64,000 nt of DNA from Bacilli bacterium (lineage in GTDB: Bacteria > Bacillota_I > Bacilli_A > ML615J-28 > CAG-313), in NCBI GenBank assembly GCA_045589955.1, contig JAZNQD010000009.1, positions 184,876 through 248,875 of the forward strand, read 5' to 3'. Below, one piece after another: positions 45,878-54,754 of this stretch (position 1 is the first letter of the stretch; each line of letters opens with the position of its first letter). A program made the translations under genes and the position numbers. The notes beneath the pieces are model-generated. The model worked only from the letters and a program-made list of their open reading frames with translations, had not been told where the DNA came from and did not search any database.

Positions 45878-48025
45878 ATGAGTCAAGACAAAAAAGCGAT
45901 TTCAATTAAATATCCAAAATTTAATTATATGGAAGAAAACCCATATCAAGAAGAAATGGATAAATTGATTGATATTAGTCTTTCAGAGGCGAATACAACC
46001 CGAACACAAAAAAATATCGCCGAGTGTTTAACAAAATCAATTAAATCTAAATATGGTGTTAAGGATAAAGAAGAACTAAAAAGCAAAGTAGAAGATATCT
46101 TAGCATTACATGGATTATCACAAAAACATTTTGACCCATTATCTACAATTTCTACTTTAACCTTTGGTAATTTACAAACAGTTAATGATATTTCAGTTGA
46201 TGACAATGCAAACAAAACTTCTACTAATATGGAAGGTATTCAAGGTGAGGCATTTTTATCTTATAAAAAATTAGCTGGATATGATTATTTATATCAAACA
46301 TTAAAAGAATTATATGGTAAAAATGAAGCTAAAAAATGTATGGCTTCTATGTTTGATTTTTCATTAGCTTTAAACGATAGTACAAAAATTTTAGTACCAT
46401 ATTGTTATTGTATTGATGCTTCTAAAATTGTAATGGAAGGTCGTAATTTTGGTCAAGTACATTCTAGTCCAGCTCATCGTGTAGCTACTTATATTTCTGT
46501 ACTTGGTGATACAATTAGAGAAATTTCATTTAATGTTGCCGGAGCCATTGCTGTTGGTACATTTTTCTTAGATATTGCACATTTGGCTATTTATAGAGAA
46601 AGAATTACATTAGATGATTTGCGTACCGATAAGAAAGTACGTAAAGCTATGTCAAATCACTTACAACAATTTATTCATACTGTTAACCATTACTCGAGAA
46701 ATTCAGTAGAATCACCTTTCACTAACGTTTCTTGCTTTGATAGAGATAAGTTACGTGGTTTAATTGATGAAGATAACTATGATTGGTATTTCCAAAAGAA
46801 AGCTGCTATCGTAGAAGATAATAACTTAGAAAATACAAAAGAAGCATTTAAAGAATTCGTTTTAGATTATATCGAAGAATTACAACAAATGTATATTGAT
46901 ATCTTTAATGAAGGCGATCCATTGCGTAACGGTTTACAATTCCCATTCCCTGTAACTACTATTAATTTAAGTATTGATATTAATAAAGAAACAGGTGAAC
47001 GCAAATTAACTACTGAAAATAATAATCTTTTGAATTATATTGTTAAAAAAGATATTTCACGTTTTAATATCTATTGTTCAGAAGGTACTAAAGTTGCATC
47101 TTGTTGTCGTTTAATCTCTGATGCTGAAATGTTAGAATTAGGTGAAGGTGTTAACTCATTCGGTGGTTCACAAGTTTCATTAGGTTCACATCGTGTAGTT
47201 ACAATTAACTTTGCTCGTGCTGCTTATGAAGCTGAATCATATGACGACTTTAAATCAATCATTACAGACCGTGTTGAAGAGATGGCTAAAATTCTTAAAG
47301 CACACCGTGTATTGATTCATAAGTTAGAAGCATGTGGTACTCAACCTTGGATTACTAACGGTTGGATTAATATGTCTCATATGTTCTCTACATTTGGTTG
47401 TTGTGGTTATGTAGAAGCAGACGAAATTTTAAAATCTAAGTTTAATCATGCTACATTTGATTACATGAAAGACTTTTTGGTATACTTTAACGAAGAATGT
47501 AAGCGTTTAGCTAAAGAAGAAAATATTGTAATGAATATCGAAGCAATTCCGGCTGAAGGCATGGCACCAAAATTGGCTAAGGCTGATAAAATTTTGGTAG
47601 AAGGTACTTATGATATTTATGCTAACCAATGGTGTTCTTTGTGGAAAGATTATACTATTTATGAAAAGATGAAAAGAGACGGTGAAATCAATGCCCTCAT
47701 GACCGGTGGTAGTATTGTACATATCAATATTGATTCACACGTTACTTCTTCTCAAGCAAAGAATTTAATCTCTGATGCTATTAAATATGGTATGGCTCAC
47801 TTCGCATTAAATGCTGTATATGCAGAATGTGCAGAGTGTGGTCATGTACATAAAGGCAAAGTTGAAAAATGTCCTAAATGTGGATCAGAAAAAGTTTCTT
47901 ATTTGACACGTGTTATTGGCTATTTCAGTCGTGTGGCTGGATGGAATAAAACTCGTCGTGAGAAAGATTTTGCTAATAGAAAATTCCTCAATTATAATCA
48001 AATCAAAGACCAGCTTGATAGTTAA
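45878..48025 (+). CDS. nrdD: Class III anaerobic ribonucleotide reductase (SCCR subtype, no obvious ATP cone)
   Basis: ASCCRL finger loop, C-terminal CxxC...CxxC and TRVIGYF glycyl-radical motif. Confidence 0.92.
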   Translation: MSQDKKAISIKYPKFNYMEENPYQEEMDKLIDISLSEANTTRTQKNIAECLTKSIKSKYGVKDKEELKSKVEDILALHGLSQKHFDPLSTISTLTFGNLQTVNDISVDDNANKTSTNMEGIQGEAFLSYKKLAGYDYLYQTLKELYGKNEAKKCMASMFDFSLALNDSTKILVPYCYCIDASKIVMEGRNFGQVHSSPAHRVATYISVLGDTIREISFNVAGAIAVGTFFLDIAHLAIYRERITLDDLRTDKKVRKAMSNHLQQFIHTVNHYSRNSVESPFTNVSCFDRDKLRGLIDEDNYDWYFQKKAAIVEDNNLENTKEAFKEFVLDYIEELQQMYIDIFNEGDPLRNGLQFPFPVTTINLSIDINKETGERKLTTENNNLLNYIVKKDISRFNIYCSEGTKVASCCRLISDAEMLELGEGVNSFGGSQVSLGSHRVVTINFARAAYEAESYDDFKSIITDRVEEMAKILKAHRVLIHKLEACGTQPWITNGWINMSHMFSTFGCCGYVEADEILKSKFNHATFDYMKDFLVYFNEECKRLAKEENIVMNIEAIPAEGMAPKLAKADKILVEGTYDIYANQWCSLWKDYTIYEKMKRDGEINALMTGGSIVHINIDSHVTSSQAKNLISDAIKYGMAHFALNAVYAECAECGHVHKGKVEKCPKCGSEKVSYLTRVIGYFSRVAGWNKTRREKDFANRKFLNYNQIKDQLDS

Positions 48026-48046
48026 ACTGGTTGAAGAGTAAAAAAG

Positions 48047-48077
48047 AAATGGACCTTTTAATTAGGTCCATTTTTTT
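48047..48077. terminator. Bidirectional terminator between convergent nrdD and the AAA ATPase
   Basis: AAATGGACCT/AGGTCCATTT stem flanked by A- and T-runs. Confidence 0.75.
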
Positions 48078-48079
48078 AT

Positions 48080-48973
48080 TTAAAACATAATCGCATTACT
48101 ACCGGTATCTATTTCTTTTTCTTCTTGTTCTTTTAATAGATATTCGAAAATTAAATCGTTTGAATATTGACCATCGTCTAAGATATCGATTTTTGCTTTA
48201 GCTACTTTAAAATCACCAGAACAAATATGTGTTAATTTAGCTATTTGGTTTTGTGTTAATTTATATTCTTTACCAAAATATGTTTTTACGCCAGCTACAA
48301 TATTCTCAGGTTTCATATAATCATATTTTATCTTAAATATAAATCTACGTAAAGAAGCGTTATCTATCTTATCTTTTAAGTTTGTAGTCATAATAAAAGG
48401 ATAAGGATGATCTTCCATTTGTGTTAAAATTTCATTTACTGAAGAAGCTTGATGGTTTTGTTTAGCATATCTACGATCGAATAAGAATGAATCTGCTTCA
48501 TCAAATAAAAGAATAGCTTTTTTATCACGTGCTTCTTTAAAGGCCATTTTAATATTTTGTTCAGTTTCGCCTACAAATTTTGCTTCTAAATCACTAGCAC
48601 GCTTTTTTATAAATGGCATTTTTAATTCTTGAGCTAACCATTGTCCATAAAAAGATTTACCAGAACCAGATACACCATAAAGCAATAATCCATACTGTTT
48701 AATCTTTGATTTTTTAAGCTTAGTAGTTAATACTTTCAAATCTTGATTACAATTAACCATCTTATAATCAAATTTAATTTTTGGTCTTGGTGTTTCTTCT
48801 TGTTCTGAATTAGCTGATGTACTACTATTTAAATCTTTTACTATAGCATTACGCAGCTCCGGGGGTAAAAATTCTAATAAGTGCGGATCTAAATTGTTAC
48901 CATCTACATAATGTATATTGTATCTAACATTTGTAAAATTATTATTACCGTTGTTATCACCTGGAAAGATCAT
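48080..48973 (-). CDS. AAA+ ATPase
   Basis: LLYGVSGSGKS, LLFDEAD, TTN, D.ASLRRF. Confidence 0.9.
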   Translation of the reverse strand: MIFPGDNNGNNNFTNVRYNIHYVDGNNLDPHLLEFLPPELRNAIVKDLNSSTSANSEQEETPRPKIKFDYKMVNCNQDLKVLTTKLKKSKIKQYGLLLYGVSGSGKSFYGQWLAQELKMPFIKKRASDLEAKFVGETEQNIKMAFKEARDKKAILLFDEADSFLFDRRYAKQNHQASSVNEILTQMEDHPYPFIMTTNLKDKIDNASLRRFIFKIKYDYMKPENIVAGVKTYFGKEYKLTQNQIAKLTHICSGDFKVAKAKIDILDDGQYSNDLIFEYLLKEQEEKEIDTGSNAIMF

Positions 48974-48983
48974 ATTATACCTC

Positions 48984-49403
48984 TTAGAATGTCACTAATA
49001 TTTTACCTAATTTTGTTAATAATGAAATAGCATCTCCTGCGATACGTAACTTAGTTTTTGTAAACTCTAATGTACGCATAGTAGTTTCTTCAGATAAACA
49101 CATTTGATAAGCAGCAATAAAATCTGTAACTGAATCAGTTGAGTCAGAAATATAAATGTTATATGTGCTAACTAAATTTTCAATACGTTTAGCTATTTCA
49201 AATCGCTCTTTTTTAGAAGATGAAGTACAAAACTTTACTAATTGTTCGGCTTTTAAAATACCTAGACCATTAGAATATAAGAATTCTAAGCAAGTATCTT
49301 CTTCACTTGCATTTGTTACTTGTAAAGGTAAATTTTTATTAAACCACTCAAAAGTTAATTCGTTTTCATCATTATTTTTTTGGCGTTTTCTTTTCCAAAA
49401 CAT
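48984..49403 (-). CDS. Hypothetical protein
   Basis: ORF with RBS. Confidence 0.5.
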   Translation of the reverse strand: MFWKRKRQKNNDENELTFEWFNKNLPLQVTNASEEDTCLEFLYSNGLGILKAEQLVKFCTSSSKKERFEIAKRIENLVSTYNIYISDSTDSVTDFIAAYQMCLSEETTMRTLEFTKTKLRIAGDAISLLTKLGKILVTF

Positions 49404-49469
49404 CTTGCTATCCTTTTGTAATATACCATACTTTATATAAAATATACTATTACATATAAAGAGTAAAAC

Positions 49470-49503
49470 AAAAAATGCCCCATCTTAATATATAGACAGG
49501 GCA
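49470..49503 (-). terminator. Intrinsic terminator after hsp20
   Basis: TGCCCTGTCT/AGATGGGGCA stem plus U-run on the minus strand. Confidence 0.7.
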
Positions 49504-49511
49504 CTTATTTC

Positions 49512-49964
49512 TTAGTCTATAGTATAAATTTTAGGCTTTTTTTCTTCTGGAATTTCAATTTTAATATTGATTTGTAAAAGACCATTAAAATAGTTTACTT
49601 TATCTATCACTGAAAATTCTGGAAGTTTTAAACTCCATTTGAAACTTCTGCTAGCTATACCTTTATAAAGATAATCTCTCTCTGGAGTACCAGCCGTAAT
49701 ATCTTCTACATATAGCACGTTATCTTCAGTTGATACTTTTAAGCCCTCTTTAGGATAACCAGCTAAGCTTAATTCTACTGTAAATTCATCAGTAGTATCT
49801 TTGTCTTTACGATAAATATTATATTTTGGAAATGACTCTTGACGCTCTACTAAATTTAAAGGTAAAGCATTTGAAAAGAAAGCGTCGATAAAAGGTGAAA
49901 ATTGTGAGTCAATAATGCGAGAAAGTGAACCGCGCATCAACGGTGAAAGTTGCTTATTTGTCAT
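49512..49964 (-). CDS. Small heat-shock protein (IbpA-like Hsp20)
   Basis: FPKYNI, ELSLAG, YLYKGIASRSF, NGLL.I, IPEEKKP. Confidence 0.92.
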   Translation of the reverse strand: MTNKQLSPLMRGSLSRIIDSQFSPFIDAFFSNALPLNLVERQESFPKYNIYRKDKDTTDEFTVELSLAGYPKEGLKVSTEDNVLYVEDITAGTPERDYLYKGIASRSFKWSLKLPEFSVIDKVNYFNGLLQINIKIEIPEEKKPKIYTID

Positions 49965-50028
49965 TTTAAAAATCTCCTAATTTAAGCAAGATTAATGTAG
50001 ATGTAAGCCTATAAAGCACTTACATTAA
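49962..50028 (-). promoter_or_regulatory. ROSE-like RNA thermometer in the hsp20 5' UTR
   Basis: AAUCUUGCU-UAAAUU-AGGAGAUU hairpin with a bulged G opposite the SD, plus an upstream AUGUAAG/CUUACAU hairpin. Confidence 0.7.
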
Positions 50029-50087
50029 TATAGAACTATTAAATACAATCAATTGTTCTATTAATTAAGAATATATAAGGAAAAATC

Positions 50088-50573
50088 ATGATTGTAAAAC
50101 AGAAAACTAAAATGGCAAAATCACGTACTGCTACTCGAAAAGCAATAAAGAAATTTTGTAGACCAAAAAAACCTAAGATTGGATTCGTAAAAGTAGGACA
50201 AACCAAATTAAGGCATGGTACTTCTAAGAGTGAAGATGTTTGGTTATCTAATTTACAAGTTCCAGAAAGAAGTAAGGTAATATATGGCTTTAATGGTAAA
50301 GTTTATATTGTAGATGGATATAATGCCAATACTCGAACTATTTATGAGTTTTTAGGCAATTATTTTCATGGTCATCCTATTCAATATAAAGCGGTTTTTG
50401 ATAGCATTAATTCATTGACTAAAACTACATATAGATATTTATACGAAACAACTAAGGCAAGATTTCAATTATTTCATTCTCTTGGCTTTAAAGTAGTTTA
50501 TGTATGGGAATCTGATTATAAAAAGAATCGTTTTGCACAAAGAGTTTATATACCTGGAAAAGAGTTAGTATAA
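50088..50573 (+). CDS. Vsr-like/PD-(D/E)xK nuclease with a basic N-terminus (possible homing endonuclease)
   Basis: IVDGY...TIYEFLGNYFHGHP...VVYVWESD. Confidence 0.6.
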   Translation: MIVKQKTKMAKSRTATRKAIKKFCRPKKPKIGFVKVGQTKLRHGTSKSEDVWLSNLQVPERSKVIYGFNGKVYIVDGYNANTRTIYEFLGNYFHGHPIQYKAVFDSINSLTKTTYRYLYETTKARFQLFHSLGFKVVYVWESDYKKNRFAQRVYIPGKELV

Positions 50574-50929
50574 TGAGACTTGAACAAATTTTAGATGAAA
50601 CATTAGAATTATTAATAGCAAATGAACAAGATCCTAGATTTAAAAATTTCGGAGCTCTTCAGAAATCTAAATATCAGCACTCAAAACCGGAGGAAGATGC
50701 TTTTTTAAGAAGCGATATGTATAAAGGAACAAAAGGTAATTCTGAAGCAGTTAAAAAAGGACATATTAAACGAAAGACAAATCCAAAATATAAAGAAATT
50801 AATAAAAAAGCCGCCCAAAAGCGTTCCAGTTGGTACAAATCTAAGGAAAACAAAGAAAAGTTTATGGAAGCAATCAGGCGGCGTAAAAAACCAGTTAAGG
50901 CTTCGAAGACAGATTCTCAAACATCTTAA
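50573..50929 (+). CDS. Small basic hypothetical protein
   Basis: Lys/Arg-rich; coupled to the upstream gene (TAATG). Confidence 0.5.
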   Translation: MRLEQILDETLELLIANEQDPRFKNFGALQKSKYQHSKPEEDAFLRSDMYKGTKGNSEAVKKGHIKRKTNPKYKEINKKAAQKRSSWYKSKENKEKFMEAIRRRKKPVKASKTDSQTS

Positions 50930-51314
50930 AAATGCCTTCAAGCTTAGCTTGGTCTCTTATTGAAAGATGTATATTATGTTTTAACTTACTCAAAAATGGC
51001 TTAGTTAATTGATCATAATATTTAACTTTCAATTTTTTATGTGATAATTCAGCGTCTGCCTTATTATCAAAATAGCAGCTGTGCATAAAGAAATTTGATG
51101 TCTCTGGATTTTTAACTACGACATTATATGTATATTTAAGTGGCCTTTGCATAAATACATTAATATCAGCAGTTTTAACTCCATTTGGGTCATATCTACA
51201 CGTTGAAATGCCAGATAGTCCACTAATTTCATCGCCTATTCTCGGTGACGTATTAAAATGCTCTTTGTGCTGCTTATATCCAATTGTTTTGGTCATTCTA
51301 ACTCCACGCGACAA
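50895..51314 (-). CDS. Hypothetical protein
   Basis: ORF in the minus-strand cluster. Confidence 0.45.
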   Translation of the reverse strand: MSRGVRMTKTIGYKQHKEHFNTSPRIGDEISGLSGISTCRYDPNGVKTADINVFMQRPLKYTYNVVVKNPETSNFFMHSCYFDNKADAELSHKKLKVKYYDQLTKPFLSKLKHNIHLSIRDQAKLEGIFKMFENLSSKP

Positions 51315-51317
51315 TAA

Positions 51318-51716
51318 TTAATCTTCTTTAATATCCTTTCCATATACAACTTTTGTATGTGGTTCGAAGCGTTTAATTACTGTCATTATAGACCAATGAT
51401 CAAACAAGGGATTTTGTGAGGCCAAAGCGTCTAATTCTTTTTTATGTCTATTCATAAATGCTTGCGCTTCTTTTTTATTGGTAAAGCACAAACCAGAATA
51501 CAATTCTTTTCGGCCATCGATATATGAGTTATCTTCTCTTCTAGAAACTTCAGTATCCCAGGGTTTCCATTTCTTTTCGCCCTCTTTTACAAATACGGTT
51601 TTGGTTTCAGGACATAACTCAACAAAGCCTTCACGAGCAGCGATATTACGTTTAAATTTCGTATCACGCTGTCCATTTCTTTGCCAGGTATTTAATCTTA
51701 TCTTGACTAAGCCCAT
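51318..51716 (-). CDS. Hypothetical protein
   Basis: Start moved to ATG 51716 (GGAGG RBS). Confidence 0.5.
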   Translation of the reverse strand: MGLVKIRLNTWQRNGQRDTKFKRNIAAREGFVELCPETKTVFVKEGEKKWKPWDTEVSRREDNSYIDGRKELYSGLCFTNKKEAQAFMNRHKKELDALASQNPLFDHWSIMTVIKRFEPHTKVVYGKDIKED

Positions 51717-51802
51717 CAGTTTTCCTCCATATGTAGTATAGTACAATATAATATATGTTTAATCATAAAACATAATCAGTATATAGCGATATTTTTTATA
51801 AA

Positions 51803-51827
51803 TAAAGCCCGTTTTTTACAACGAGCT
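51803..51827 (-). terminator. Probable terminator
   Basis: AGCTCGTT/AACGGGCT stem plus U-rich tail. Confidence 0.5.
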
Positions 51828-51863
51828 AAATTTTTTTATAAATTTTTGTTATGATGGCTTAGT

Positions 51864-52478
51864 TTATTGTTTTTCAAGAGTTATTTTTATACCATTCATG
51901 TTAATAACTACTGCATCCTCGTTAGTAACTTTGTTGGTAACTTTATTTTCGGCCTTTTCTTTTTCAATAGTAGTATTCTCTAGTAGCCCTTTTAATTGTT
52001 TACCGGTAATATCCCATCCCCAACTTCCCGCTAAGATAGTATAAATGATTTTATCGAGTTCAGGATCTAATCTATATTTGACCAATAAACTTTGAGGTTT
52101 TTCTTCACTATTAAGCGGAATATTGTTACTAAAATTAATTTGACCAGAAAAATCTTTATATATTAACCAATTTACTTTTTCAGTATCAAGTAGTAGCTTT
52201 AATTCTTCTTCTAAACGCGAAGTTATATTATTTTGCTCGACAACAAGAGTTAAATATTTACCTATAGCAAAAGGTGTATTCATATGAGCTTCAAAAGCCG
52301 GTACAACTTGAATATCATGTACCTTACAAAATTTATCTACAACCTCTTTATCAAGTACAGTCAAACTGTTCAAGTCTGAAAGGTTTGGCTCGATTTTTTG
52401 TATTTCTGCAATTACTTCATATACAGTTTCTTTTAACTCTGGATCCATAATTGAATCGAATTCGTTATCTGACATCAT
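51864..52478 (-). CDS. Hypothetical protein
   Basis: Start moved to ATG 52478/52475 (AAGGA RBS). Confidence 0.5.
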   Translation of the reverse strand: MMSDNEFDSIMDPELKETVYEVIAEIQKIEPNLSDLNSLTVLDKEVVDKFCKVHDIQVVPAFEAHMNTPFAIGKYLTLVVEQNNITSRLEEELKLLLDTEKVNWLIYKDFSGQINFSNNIPLNSEEKPQSLLVKYRLDPELDKIIYTILAGSWGWDITGKQLKGLLENTTIEKEKAENKVTNKVTNEDAVVINMNGIKITLEKQ

Positions 52479-52662
52479 TTGTCCTTTCTGTAAAATCAAC
52501 GTGTGTTTCAATACCTTCCGCACGAGCCAAAGTTGTAACAACAGTTAAAACTTCTTCTTGACTAATTTCTTCTTTGAAAAATACTGACTTTAATATATTA
52601 TCATTGGCATCAGATATTGTTAAATGCCATTCACCATTACATTTATAAAATTTAAATTTCAT
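52465..52662 (-). CDS. Hypothetical protein
   Basis: AGGAG RBS. Confidence 0.5.
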   Translation of the reverse strand: MKFKFYKCNGEWHLTISDANDNILKSVFFKEEISQEEVLTVVTTLARAEGIETHVDFTERTNDVR

Positions 52663-52689
52663 TTTTATTACTCCTTAAAATATAATCTA

Positions 52690-52717
52690 TAGAATATAAA
52701 ATGCCTATATTTCTACT
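52690..52717 (-). promoter_or_regulatory. AGTAGAA-N-ATTCTA dyad upstream of the gene starting at 52662
   Basis: TAGAA-N16-TTCTA. Confidence 0.55.
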
Positions 52718-52726
52718 AAATTAATT

Positions 52727-53719
52727 TCAAAGATCATCAGTATTTATAATAAAGTTTACATTAAATTTAGGTAAAGTTTTAAATGGTTCGTTATATGGTA
52801 TATATCCACAAGAATTTATAATATATCGAGTTTTGTTTTTACCGATTTTAAAATCTTTTCTACAATGTACGTGTCCAGAAAAAACCAATCTAATATTTGG
52901 CATAGTATCAATCCATTTTTCTAAACTTGATACATAACTAGCATTGGAGATACTATCTTTATAGGTATCTTCTATACATTTTCCTGATAAACAATGATGT
53001 GTCATTAAAATTATTTTTGCGGTAGGATTTATTTTTAAGATTTCAGCATAGCACTCTTGTACTTTATTTTTAGCCAACTTGTTTAATTTTAAATAGGTTT
53101 CTGGTGATAAACGCATATATTCGGTTTCATGACCCCATTTAAAGTCATTCAAACGTTCAGATGCTAATAATAAATTTTCACGTATTAAACGTTGCTTTGT
53201 TAAGCGTTTGATTGGTTTAGTTTCAGTATTTCCATAACCCCAAGCATCTAATACATTTGCCCAACGTAAATTATAAGCATTATATGTTTTGGTAGTAAAT
53301 GTTTTATACTCATAATCTGTATAAAAAGTGCTTCCTATTACAGCTACACTATTATCGGTACCTGGAATCCACATCCAATTATTTTCTAAATAATGATGAA
53401 AAAGATGTGTTTCTGGAAATTCTTGCCTTAATTCATCTTTTAACTGATAAATTGTTTTGCCTTCGTGGTTATATACCAAATGATTACCGTCTATAAAGAA
53501 AACAGTTTTCTCTTGAAAAAATCCTTCTAAAAAGGCCTTAGTTTGTGTTAAACTAGCAGCTAAATCACCGGCGATTAAAGTGATACAATCAGGCTCATTA
53601 TTTAAGGCTTTACTAAAATAATGACCAAATGGAGTATGTGTTATACCCTTCTTTTTAGAAGTGTCTCCGTTTATACCATCATCAAAATGAGTATCGCTAA
53701 TTAAACGTAACTTAACCAT
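52727..53719 (-). CDS. Calcineurin-like metallophosphoesterase
   Basis: SDTHFD, AGD, GNH, THH, GHVH. Confidence 0.88.
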   Translation of the reverse strand: MVKLRLISDTHFDDGINGDTSKKKGITHTPFGHYFSKALNNEPDCITLIAGDLAASLTQTKAFLEGFFQEKTVFFIDGNHLVYNHEGKTIYQLKDELRQEFPETHLFHHYLENNWMWIPGTDNSVAVIGSTFYTDYEYKTFTTKTYNAYNLRWANVLDAWGYGNTETKPIKRLTKQRLIRENLLLASERLNDFKWGHETEYMRLSPETYLKLNKLAKNKVQECYAEILKINPTAKIILMTHHCLSGKCIEDTYKDSISNASYVSSLEKWIDTMPNIRLVFSGHVHCRKDFKIGKNKTRYIINSCGYIPYNEPFKTLPKFNVNFIINTDDL

Positions 53720-54143
53720 GTTTAATTAAATCCAATATTTGTGCAATATCCTGACGTGTTAAAGCTGGAGCTTCTCCAAAGTTATTTGCTAATTTTTCTA
53801 AGCGATGAATTAAAAGAGAAGCTCGAAATAATTTTTCTTCTAAGTCAGCTTTTTGTACACGTATAGCATCACAATAACCAGCTTCATAGGCAGGATGCTC
53901 GGATAAATTATCATCATCTATAAAATTATCTACGTATACTTGACGTATCTCATTTCGATCGACCATTACACTTGAAATATAAGCGCTTACTGTTGTTAAT
54001 CTTCCTTTTGCTTTTTTCAATAAATTAGTAAAAGCTTCTACATCAGCACTATCACTAAATAGTTCCGCTAAGTTTAAAATATTATTATCAGTAATTCGTA
54101 AGGTTACTTCATCTGTATCAGATACATCTACGCAAACAGACAT
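53712..54143 (-). CDS. Hypothetical protein
   Basis: Coupled ORF. Confidence 0.5.
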   Translation of the reverse strand: MSVCVDVSDTDEVTLRITDNNILNLAELFSDSADVEAFTNLLKKAKGRLTTVSAYISSVMVDRNEIRQVYVDNFIDDDNLSEHPAYEAGYCDAIRVQKADLEEKLFRASLLIHRLEKLANNFGEAPALTRQDIAQILDLIKHG

Positions 54144-54346
54144 TATATCTTCCTTTTCAATTTTTTCTTGTTTTGACGTCTTTCAATAGCCTTTTGTACA
54201 CGGCGTTGTTGATGATTTAAACGTTTAAAAGTTTTTGTTTCGCCGATTTCTCGAATTTCGGTTACTTTACCGTTTTCATCAAATTTCATGCCAAACAATT
54301 CAGCCAAAGAAGGAGCAATTGTTTCTATATTATCAGTATTTTCCAT
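54143..54346 (-). CDS. Hypothetical protein
   Basis: Coupled ORF with a basic C-terminus. Confidence 0.45.
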   Translation of the reverse strand: MENTDNIETIAPSLAELFGMKFDENGKVTEIREIGETKTFKRLNHQQRRVQKAIERRQNKKKLKRKI

Positions 54347-54349
54347 ATA

Positions 54350-54754
54350 TTAATCCTCAGGTGTCACTTGTGTAAAGTTTTTGTGTTTTGGTTTTAAGAC
54401 TACTATTTCATCATCAGCGATTGTGTTATCAGTAAACGGACTCCACATCAATTGATTAAAACTAGCGATAACGTGTAGTTTTTGTTCTTTGTACATTTTT
54501 GACCATTTATTTTTGGTATATACAAGATTATTAGTTAAAAAGGCGTTGATTTTTTGAATTGTACAATTATTAGCCCTAACGTTTTTATAATCATACTTTT
54601 TGTTTTCATTCTCCGCACGCAATTCTTCTAGCACAGTAGTTATACCTAAAACTTTAAACAAATCTTCATAAAATAATATACGTTTATTTTTCATTACTTC
54701 ATCTGTTATTTTAAAAGATACTGTTTTTTTACTAAATAAATTTTTAAAGAACAT
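54350..54754 (-). CDS. Hypothetical protein
   Basis: Coupled ORF. Confidence 0.45.
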   Translation of the reverse strand: MFFKNLFSKKTVSFKITDEVMKNKRILFYEDLFKVLGITTVLEELRAENENKKYDYKNVRANNCTIQKINAFLTNNLVYTKNKWSKMYKEQKLHVIASFNQLMWSPFTDNTIADDEIVVLKPKHKNFTQVTPED

